Of a stretch of 64,000 nucleotides of DNA, positions 53,763-64,000 are shown in pieces. Position numbers and translations under genes: made by a program. The notes beneath the pieces were generated by a model. It saw only the letters and a list, made by a program, of their open reading frames with translations. It was not told where the DNA came from and did no database searches. This stretch comes from Eledone cirrhosa (lineage: Eukaryota). The stretch is taken from assembly GCA_964016885.1 (NCBI GenBank), contig OZ024763.1, positions 18,042,001-18,106,000 of the forward strand. Reading direction: 5' to 3'. How positions within the stretch are numbered: the first letter of the stretch is position 1; each line of letters opens with the position of its first letter.

Positions 53763-54370
53763 TCTGTTGACCAATTCTGATCTCAGTAGGGATGGTTTTC
53801 AGCTTTTAAACTGGGCCCCATCTGACCGATTCTGATCTCAGTAGGGATGGTTTTCAGCTTTTAAACTGGGCCCCATCTGACCGATTCTGATCTCAGTAGG
53901 GATGGTTTTCAGCTTTTAAACTGGGCTCCATCTGACCGATTCTGATCTCAGTAGGGATGGTTTTCAGCTTTTAAACTGGGCCCCATCTGACCGATTCTGA
54001 TCTCAGTAGGGATGGTTTTCAGCTTTTAAACTGGGCCCCATCTGACCGATTCTGATCTCAGTAGGGATGGTTTTCAGCTTTTAAACTGGGCCCCATCTGA
54101 CCGATTCTGATCTCAGTAGGGATGGTTTTCAGCTTTTAAACTGGGCCCCATCTGACCGATTCTGATCTCAGTAGGGATGGTTTTCAGCTTTTAAACTGGG
54201 CCCCATCTGACCGATTCTGATCTCAGTAGGGATGGTTTTCAGCTTTTAAACTGGGCCCCATCTGACCGATTCTGATCTCAGTAGGGATGGTTTTCAGCTT
54301 TTAAACTGGGCCCCATCTGACCGATTCTGATCTCAGTAGGGATGGTTTTCAGCTTTTAAACTGGGCTCCA
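53763..54370. repeat. About 11 x 55 bp highly homogeneous tandem repeat
   Basis: Unit TCTGACCGATTCTGATCTCAGTAGGGATGGTTTTCAGCTTTTAAACTGGGCCCCA. Confidence 0.95.
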
Positions 54371-54834
54371 CCTCTTCGTCTCTTGTGCTGTCATCTGGGA
54401 AGGAGGGAGGGGGTTAGATTAGGTAGGGAAGTGAAGAAGAGTTTGTGTTTCAAAAGATGGGGGTAGGTGGAGATTTCTTGGGGGTTGAAGCTGACCTGGT
54501 GTATCTTTTCGATTTTATTTTAGTTTCTTTTCTTTCTTTCTTATTTAAGGGGTCAGTTTTATTCTTTCTTACTTTAAAGATTTGTTGTATTATTTCCTTG
54601 TTATTTACAGGATCTGTTGTATCCCTTTCCTCCTTTGATTTTTAAGGGGTCAATATTTTTTCCTTTGCTATTTAAGGGATTTATTGCATCCCTTTCCTTC
54701 TGTTATTTAAGGGATTTGTTGCACCTTCTTTACTATTTAAGGGTCTATAACATTGAGGGTTTTTTTTTTAAATGCCAAGATTTCTGAAGGATGTTATTTA
54801 CTGTTTTTATTAATTTACCTGACAATTATGCTGA

Positions 54835-55434
54835 ATCTCCCTCAGAACTACGAGGGTTACATGTGTCTGTAGAATATGTAGCAGGTTGTTCTTTAACTAT
54901 ACTGACTCTCCCTGAGAACATGAAGAATACATGTGTGTGTAGAATATATAGCAATTGTTCCTTAAATATTCTGGCTCTCCCTGAGAACTATTTGAAGGCT
55001 ACATGTCTGTAGAATATGGAGCAGGCTGTTCCTTAATTATACTGACTTTCCCTGAGAGCTACATGAAGGCTACATGTGTAGACTATATAGCAGGTTGTTC
55101 CTTAACTATACTGGCTCTCCCTGAGAACATGAAGGCTACATGTCAATAGAATATATAGCAGCTTGTTCCTTAATTATACCGGCTCTCCCTGAGAACTCCA
55201 TGTAGAATATATATAGCAAGCTGTTCATTAAATATACTGGCTCTCCCTGAGAACATGAAGGCTACATCTCTAGAACATGTAGCAGGCTGTTCCTTAACTA
55301 GACTGGCTCTCCCTGAGAACATAAAGGCTACAAGTGTGTGTAGAATATATAGCAGGCTGGTCCTTAAATATACTGGCTCTTCCTGAGAACATGAAGGCTA
55401 CATATAGAATATATAGCATATATATACATGAAGC

Positions 55435-55477
<43 letters not shown>

Positions 55478-55496
55478 GCATGTATATATATATATA

Positions 55497-55538
<42 letters not shown>

Positions 55539-55808
55539 GAAGGCTACATATAGAATATATAGCAGGTCGTTCCTTAATTATACTGGCTCTCCCTGAGAAC
55601 TCCATGTAGAATATATAGCAGGCTGTTCCTTAAATAGACGGGCGCTCCCTGAGAACATGAAGGCTACATGTCTATAGAATATATAGCAGATTGTTCCTTA
55701 AATATACTGGCTCTCCCTGAGAACATGAAGGCTACATGTATCTAGAATATATATATAGCAAGTTGTTCCTTAACTATACTGGCTCTCAGAACATGAAGGC
55801 TACATGTT
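54835..55808. repeat. Degenerate ~55-70 bp tandem repeat interrupted by (TA)n
   Basis: Repeated TAGAATATATAGCAGG..TTCCTTAA.TATACTGGCTCTCCCTGAGAAC..GAAGGCTACATG. Confidence 0.85.
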
Positions 55809-57733
55809 AATTACGGACAGTATTTTTTAAAATTGTATTTTTTTATATATTTGTTAACATGTATTTTATTCTGAAATTTATGTAAAAAAAATAAAATTGA
55901 CAAATTGTAGAGAAATAAAGTTTGAAATATAACAGATGTCTTAGATCTGGTATGTCTGAAGTAGTGTCTCTTGATGTCGTGGTAGGAGTGCTGTGGTGAT
56001 ATTTAGTGTGTAGAGGGTCTTGGAGGCACAGTGTTGACAAGTGCGTCATAGGGGTGCTATCATCTCACAGTCTTAGAGACATTTTCGTGTCAGTGCTATG
56101 TTGACATACAGTGTGTCTTGGGGGTGCTGTGTGACGGTGTCATAGAGGTGCCATCATCTCACAGTCTTAGAGACATTTTCATGACAGTGCTATGTTGACG
56201 GACAGTGTGTCATAGGGGTGTTTGACGGTGTCATGGGGTGCTGTTTGACGGTGTCATAGGGGTGCCATCATCTCAGTCTTAGCACTGTCACGAAAATGTC
56301 TCTAAGACTGTGAGATGATGGCACCCCTATGACACCGTCAAACAGCACCCCTATGACACACTGTATGTCAGCACTGTCACGAAAATGTCTGTTATGTTGA
56401 CATACAGTGTGTCTTGCGGGCATTGTTGTGGTTGTGTGTCACAGCATTGCTGTTGTGGCTGTGTGTCTTGGGGACGCCATTATGACGCACAGTCTTGAAG
56501 ACATTTTCATGACAGTGTGTCGTACGGGGGGTGCTGTTGTGATATACACAGTCTTTTGATCGCTGTCGTGAGATATGGTGTGTCTTGGGCATTTCAAGCC
56601 TGGCCCAGCCCACCCAGGGCTGGATTTAATAGGGGACAATTGCCCCAGGCCCTCCAGCAACTACCATAGCCGTTTATTTTCCACCAGTACAAGCAGTGAG
56701 GCTACAGTGTTTCACAATCAAATGGAGACAATATAGTGTTTGAGGGAATGGTTCAGTCTGACCCAGTATGTGACGACCCCTTTAGTACTAGTATAACGAT
56801 AAAATATATTCAGTACATCCTGTAAATTGTTTGTGTTGGTACCTTGATAGAATATACGTAGTCAACTGTGTAAACTGGTTGTGCTGGTATCGCAGAAACA
56901 ATGCACCCAGTAAACTCTCTAAAGTAGTTATGTTAGGATGGGCATCCATTCAACAAGCTTTTCAAGGGTCTACTGGCCCAGTGCACCCTTGTTGCAGCCA
57001 CCTGCATACCCATTTTTATACCCATTCTGCACTGCATCTTCCGGTGCATTGAGTACTCCTATGATTTGTGGTGTCCTCGGTCTCATCCCTACAGACTCTC
57101 TCTCTCTCCCTCCCTCCATGCGCAGACACACACTTACACACCTCTATCATCATCATCATCATCAGCAACAGTAGCAGTGTTTGTCCATTTACCATGCTTA
57201 CATGGGTTAGACAGCTGTTGCATGCTGTGACCAGACAAGCTAGCTAATTATGTCCACCGAGTTGGCTTTGGTTTCTATGGCTGGATGCTCTTCCTCATGC
57301 CAACCACTTTACAGCCTGTTCTGGGATCATTTTTATCATGGCTTCTGTACTACCACCTTACAGAGAGAACAGGGTACTTTTTATCGTGGCACCAGCACCA
57401 CCTCATTACAGCACTAAGGTGCTCAGCATCTTAGGTCTTGGTATGTGTGAGTGCATGTGTGCAAAGGGTAAAGGCCCTTTTCGGTCATGAATGACCATGG
57501 GGTTTAAACCTAGAAAGTTCCCCTCTGAGACACAAGTCCGGAAAAGTTTGTTTGTGAAAGACCAGCACTCTCCCTACATACATGTCTCCCTCTCTCCATG
57601 CCACTGATGTTGTCCAAGAGAAAGGCAATGGCTAATACAGCTTGGCACCAGTGACACCGCATCTCATTTATACATATGTGTATATATATATATATATAGA
57701 TAGATAAATATACACGGGTGTGTATAGAAGATT

Positions 57734-57921
57734 ATATTAATAAGAGGAATTCCAACTTTGTCTGATTTACTCGTTTTATTTACTATCCTTTAAAATTTAT
57801 AATGGTATTATAATGAAATAGTATGATAGAATATTAAATTCTATTTCATTATAATACCATTATAAATTTTAAAGGATTGTAAATAAAACGAGTAAATCAG
57901 ACAAAGTTGGAATTCCTCTTA

Positions 57922-57927
<6 letters not shown>
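57734..57927. repeat. Near-perfect ~87 bp-arm palindrome flanked by (TA)n
   Basis: TATTAATAAGAGGAATTCCAACTTTGTCTGATTTACTCG... pairs with ...CGAGTAAATCAGACAAAGTTGGAATTCCTCTTATTAATA. Confidence 0.9.
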
Positions 57928-57958
<31 letters not shown>

Positions 57959-58309
57959 GATAACAAAATGTTGTTATAGGTAATCCAGTTAGAGGTTGTG
58001 GATAGTTTTAGCGTAAGGTGTTGTTTGACTCAACAAGAGGTTTCCGTAGGGGGCAAGTTTGTGAGTTCTCTTGCATTCCTCTGTAAGTTTATCTTGGAGT
58101 AATAATATTGAAAGTGTGAAGAATAACATGGTCAACAGTACAAAAAAGGGTTTTAATTACAGTCTTAACAATTGTTTCACTGATTAAGTTGTCTAAAAAT
58201 TGCTGAACACTTGAAGCTGTGCCACTCAATTTTAAATACGTTGTTAGCTTAACCAAATCATCAGAAAGATGACCATGTTATTCTTCACTCTTTCTATATA
58301 TATATATAT

Positions 58310-58503
58310 AACGAAGGAAATGTGGTAAAGAACCAGGTGGACCATAACGCACCAAAGTACTCAATACAGTGGGTAATAGGAACAAGTAAGACCCCCGACG
58401 GCTGAGCTCAAGCCGTTTCGACGGCTAATTCTGGACGGCTAATAGTCCAGAATTAGCCGTCGAAATGGCTTGAGCTCAGCCGTCGGGGTCTTACTTGTTC
58501 CTA
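58310..58503. mobile_element. (TA)n-flanked foldback element (23947 family)
   Basis: Hairpin 58377-58503 with GTACTCAATAC motif. Confidence 0.8.
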
Positions 58504-58824
58504 TATATATATATACATGTGTATATTCATTATATACACACTATATATGATGTTGTCCAAGAGAAAGGCAATGGCTAATACAACTTCACACCAGTGACAT
58601 GGCAACTCATTTCTACATTATATATATATATATATAATAGTACAACACTGAAGGGTTATATCTGTCGTAGTAGAGTACTCAGTCCATGGGACAAGTTTGG
58701 TAGAAGTAGATCTACGATAGTTAGTTCACCATACCGAAGGTGAAACATTTATTCTCGGTATGGTGAACTGTTGTGGAACTACTCTCTCTCTCTCTCTCTC
58801 TATTATATACACACTATATATGAT

Positions 58825-59330
58825 GGTGTCCTGATTTTCATTCCAGCCACGCAGCACTTGGCATCAAACCTATCAAGTGCAAGTCGAAGATCATCTTCTG
58901 TTGACTTGAGTAACACCTTGTTGTCGGCAAATTCCAGTTGACTAACTTTACACCTGCCAGTCATGATACCACTTCCAGCCAGGCTGCACATGTCAATCCT
59001 GTTTATGAAAATAATGAACAGGAGAGTTGACAGTATGAACCCTTGGTGCTGTCCAGCTCCCACATTGAATAGTTTCAATTTAGCACCATTATCTGAACAC
59101 AAATACTTGGGCATTTGTACAGAGACATCAGGGCAGCAAGAAGCTGACCATTGATCCCATACTCCTGCACAGCAGGTCCCGAGGAACACCGTAATATGCC
59201 TTGTCAAGGTCGACAAAACCAGAATATACTTCTTAGCAATGCTCCCTGACATGTCCCAACGACTTTCTTTAGCCGTTGCTCACACCAACCAGAGGTATAT
59301 GGTCTTTAAAGCGATGAAATACCAATGAAG
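58825..59330 (-). pseudogene. LINE reverse transcriptase fragment
   Basis: GAGQHQGFILSTLLFIIFI..LEFADNKVLL..LDRFDAKC..GMKI, i.e. degraded QG..LS and FADD motifs. Confidence 0.8.
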
Positions 59331-59377
59331 GCTGGAAGATCACTGATGGACTAAATTTATTCATATATATATATATA

Positions 59378-59945
59378 TCATCATCATCATTTTACGTCCG
59401 CTTTTCCCTGCTTGCAAGGGTGGGACGGGTCCTATTCAGCACAGCATCTCTCCACTTGTCACGGTCCTTCGTCATCTCCACCGTGAGCTTCAATGATCTG
59501 AGGTCTGTTCTCACCACCTCCGCCCATGTTTTTCGTAGTCTACCTCTACCATGTCTTCCTTCAACTGGCACTTCTTCACCCATCGGTCATCCTCCATGCG
59601 CATCACATGTCCACGCCACCTCAGTCTCCTCTCCCGTACACTACATTCTATCCCTCTCAGACACAGTTTCTCTCTCAACACATTTATGCTGGGTCGTTCA
59701 CGCACATTGACACTGCACATCCAACGGAGCATGCTTGCCTCATTTCTCTCCAGCCGTCGCATATCCTCTGCAGTTGCTGCCCATGTCTCACTACCATGCA
59801 GCATCGCGCTCCTCACACAGGCATCATACAACCGGCCTTTCGTACTCAGGGAGAAACCCTTCTTCGTCAACAGAGGAAGCAGCTCCCTAAACTTCTTCCA
59901 ACCCGTCCTTATTCTAGATACTATGGCCTCGGAACACCCTCCACC
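59378..59945 (-). pseudogene. RTE LINE 3' end, young and 5'-truncated
   Basis: SRIRTGWKKFRELLPLL..KGRLYDACVRSAMLHGSETW..RRLRWRGHVMRM; one frameshift; (GAT)n tail. Confidence 0.92.
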
Positions 59946-60520
59946 CATGCTTATATATATATATAAAATAATAATACTATTTATAGTTATGTATATTTTA
60001 AACTATAAACAGGAAAGGTCAGTAATTTCCTACTACCCTATTACCAGTAAGAGAAATAGCTCAATGTAAGAACATCTGGTGTTTTACAGAGCAGGAATAT
60101 AAATTACACAAATATCAAAGTTATGTTCAAATCATTTAATTGCTGACAATTGTTTCTTCCAAACTTTCGTTTGGAGTCATCGGAGCATTAGCAATGTTTG
60201 TACATATAATTAACCTCCTATTCAACTGAACAATCATATAGATACATATATATTGATGTTGTGAGCAGCTTTGATAATTGTGTAATATATATATATTGTT
60301 ATACTTTGGGAGGGTCATGTTGCCAATAAGAAACACATGCACCAGTTGCTTTCACTCCAATTTATTATAAATTAAAAAAATCTTTTCAAAAAATAAATTT
60401 TTTTTTCTATAAAATTCCGGTTGGTTGGTTGGTTGGTTCCACAACCCTCCCAAAGAATAACAATATCAATTTCAACACACGTTTTCAGATGAAGAATCTT
60501 GCTAAACAAATTCAGAAACG

Positions 60521-60551
<31 letters not shown>

Positions 60552-60892
60552 TAAAAAAATAATGAATAAAACAATGAAACAGTTCCTTATATTAAACAAA
60601 AAAAGTTCATTATTTAACGATCGTTTCTGGGATATATATGTGTTAGAATTGGCATGTATATTTAACAGATCTATGTACAAAATTATACAAAATTATACAA
60701 ACTATCAAAATTAAATATACATACCAACTCATATATATGCCGTCTTCAGAAATAATTATTTCTTGACTCTGTATTCCGTTTATCTTTCACCGAAAGTGAT
60801 TTTTCATTGCATCTCTTCTTTCCATGATATCCGGATTACATTGAGTTCTTCATACGGATTGGACACTACCGTAAACTCTTGGTAGATTTATC

Positions 60893-60936
<44 letters not shown>

Positions 60937-60975
60937 AAAATATTAATTAATGAAAAATATTCTCATAACCAAAAT

Positions 60976-61044
60976 ATATATTTTATTATACATATTTCAA
61001 AGGTACAATGGTGTTTAAGTACGTTTTCATCAGATAAAATATAT
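60976..61044 (-). ncRNA. Minimal type I hammerhead ribozyme
   Basis: Minus strand: ATATATTTTAT-CTGATGA-AAACGTAC..GTACCTTT-GAAA-TATGTA-TA-ATAAAATATAT; perfect 11 bp stem I and intact core. Confidence 0.72.
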
Positions 61045-61188
61045 GAGAAATTGGATATGCGACATACCGCTACGGTTTTGATTATTCAGTTCCAGTAATG
61101 GCAGTGATTTATTTCACCAACCCTCAACGTTTTTATACCACAAATAATATGATAAACTTAGAGAAGAACAGGGCGTAGAGCAAGGTAG

Positions 61189-61223
<35 letters not shown>

Positions 61224-62086
61224 GTGTATATGTGTATGTGTACATATAACATTTTTTAGATTTACCTTCTTGAGGTTTGTCAAAGCTAGATTATAACACA
61301 AGCTGTATGTATGTATATATATATATATATAATATAATATGCACACACACACACATGTATTTATGTATATATACATTCATATATATATTTATACACACAC
61401 ATATATAATAACATTTTCAGCTGTGTTTGACATTTATTTCAGTAGCTTAATCGAAAGGGCACCAAAACTGCCGCCGTCCTGACCGTCTTCTGCAAGTTCT
61501 GAATATTTTTCCATGAAAAAATAAAAGGCACCCAGACACCAAACATTTTTTTTCATTTTTTTTCCCCTATTTTTTTTTTTATTTAGTATTTTTATTTTTA
61601 TTTCTAATGTTAGTCTTTTATTTATTTTTTTTTATTTATTTATTTATTTTTTTTTTCTTAAAATGTCTTGACAGTTCTGCAGAAATGTTTGGGTTTATAT
61701 ATATATATATAGATAGATATATGTGTGTGTATATACACACACACAAACAAACATGGCATATATATATATATACACACAAACAAACAAACATGACATATAT
61801 AATATATGTGACATATATATGTGTGTTTATGTATATAAAATTAGAATGTGTTTAAAATACTATAGTATTTAAAACATTCAAACATTAACTAAATATGCAC
61901 TCAATACTGGTGGATAGTGTGCAGAAATTCATTTTATAAGTAGAAATGTCATTGCCACTTTTCAACTTATATATATATATATGTGTGTGTGTGTGTATAT
62001 ATATATATCTGTGTGTATGTATATATATATATCTGTGTGTATGTATATATATATGTGTGTGTGTATGTATATATATATATACATAC

Positions 62087-62118
<32 letters not shown>

Positions 62119-62834
62119 ATGAACCTGTAGCATCGTGTGAAATTATAAGGGCACTGTTGATATATGTCTATATAACCACACACACACACACACACACACA
62201 CACAGGGGTAGTGAATAAATATGGAAGAAGGAACACAATCTGGGGGCAGATGGTGATATATATTTAAAAATAAAATATATTGCGATTATTATTATTTTTT
62301 TTTTTTCCCATTATTTATTTTCATTTTCTGTTGCTGAATTCCAATTCCAATGAGTAAAACAGAAGAATCACATGTCCTGCTTCAATGTCATCTTATCACT
62401 GACACGTGTAGCTTATGATGTCGGCTGCTTCATAGAAACATAAAAAAAACACATAATGTGATGGCGGTTTGTTATTTTACAAGTGGCCCCATGCTGTCTA
62501 TAATGGCAGCAATAGCATTGAATATGTTTAATTTTTGAAGATCAGGCCTGGCTTAGTGGTTAGAGAGCTAGGTTTGGAGTTGTGAGGTTGTAAGTTAGAT
62601 TCCTGGATCAAGGGATGCATTGTGTTCTTGAGCAAGATGTTCCAGTGTAGAATTGAGTTGATATCACTGGTGCCAAGTTGTATTAGCGATTGCCTTTCTC
62701 TTGGACAACATATTTAGTATATATATATTATTCATTCATTTTACGTCTGCTTTTTCCCTGCTTGCAAGGGTGGGACGGGAACTGATTCTGGCTTGATTTC
62801 TACAGCTGGATGCCCTTCCTAACACCAACCTCAT

Positions 62835-63513
62835 TTACAGTGTGGACTGGGTGCTATTTGTCATGATACTTACACAACCACTTTACAGTGTGGACTGGGT
62901 GTTTTTTGTCATTACACTTACACAACCACTTTACAGTGTGGACTGGGTGCTTTTTGTCATGACACTTACTCAACCACTTTACAGTGTGGACTGGGTGCTT
63001 TTTGTCATTACACTTACACAACCACTTTACAGTGTGGACTGGGTGCTTTTTGTCATGACACTTACTCAACCACTTTACAGTGTGGACTGGGTGCTTTTTG
63101 TCATGACACTTACTCAACCACTTTACAGTGTGGACTGGGTGCTTTTTGTCATGACACTTACTCAACCACTTTACAGTGTGGACTGGGTGCTTTTTGTCAT
63201 GACACCTACACAACCACTTTACAGTGTGGACTGGGTGCTTTTTGTCATGACACTTACTCAACCACTTTACAGTGTGGACTGGGTGCTTTTTGTCATGACA
63301 CCTACACAACCACTTTACAGTGTGGACTGGGTGCTTTTTGTCATGACACTTACTCAACCACTTTACAGTGTGGACTGGGTGCTTTTTGTCATGACACTTA
63401 CTCAACCACTTTACAGTGTGGACTGGGTGCTTTTTGTCATGACACTTACACAACCACTTTACAGTGTGGACTGGGTGCTTTTTGTCATGACACTTACACA
63501 ACCACTTTGCAGT
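62835..63513 (-). repeat. 14 x 48 bp tandem array inside a family A SINE
   Basis: Unit TTACAGTGTGGACTGGGTGCTTTTTGTCATGACACTTACTCAACCACT, flanked by the SINE tail at 62735-62835. Confidence 0.92.
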
Positions 63514-64000
63514 GGGAGGGTGGGGTGGGGCATTCTGTATATATGCTTCAGCTTCAGCCTATACCCATTGGAAGTGGGGTCTTCTCTATAACTGACGCCA
63601 TAACATAACACCAGAGATCTAGTTCCTGTGTCATCAGCTTTGAGAGGTGCAATTTGGCAAGGCTTTTATCACCTCATCCCAAGTCTTCCATATATATATA
63701 TATATGTAAAATGTAAACAGATATATATATATAATATAACTAACAAAAGGTTTACATGCCAACACATGAGCAAGAATGAGGGGCTCATTCTACTGACATG
63801 GCTTAAAAGAGGCTGGCTGCATGATTGCAAACGAATCGAATATTATTGGCAGTATCGTTAGAGGGTCGGACGCCAAGCATTGCAAGATGGAGTTACGGGC
63901 CTTTACGATCTGAGTTCAAATCCCACCGAGGTTAACTTTGCCTTTCATCCTTACGGGATCAATAAAATAAAGTACCAGTAATGCACTGGGATAATTGCTG

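Noticed and set aside
62842-63591. 249 aa repeat-protein ORF
   Set aside because: 48 bp SINE-derived tandem array open by chance (unit is a multiple of 3)

Overview
AT-rich, microsatellite-saturated eukaryotic DNA. The repeat repertoire (tRNA-derived SINEs with 'GTTAGGAAGGGCATCCAG' and 'GGGTCGATAAAATAAAGTACCAG' bodies, RTE LINEs, long (TA)n/(CA)n arrays) suggests an octopod cephalopod; this is inferred, not checked. Almost all long ORFs in the supplied track are microsatellite artefacts. Reading splice signals by hand, I assembled one complete 10-exon gene on the + strand (CDS 20191-45556, all nine introns GT-AG, consistent phases, 385 aa). It encodes a signal peptide, a 10-Cys zona pellucida (ZP-N + ZP-C) module resembling molluscan vitelline-envelope VEZP/VERL proteins, a KSKR dibasic site and a C-terminal transmembrane helix. 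Bases 2-169 may be the last coding exon of an upstream gene. The rest is transposon debris (mariner, hAT, Helitron, piggyBac- and pogo-like MITEs, RTE, CRE-like and L1/Tx1-like LINEs, SINEs) and TE-derived minisatellites. The most unusual non-coding signal is a set of short (TA)n-embedded foldback elements carrying minimal type I hammerhead ribozyme folds, three with intact catalytic cores (46257-46322, 46566-46631, 60976-61044). Many relatives share a GTATTGAGTAC motif.
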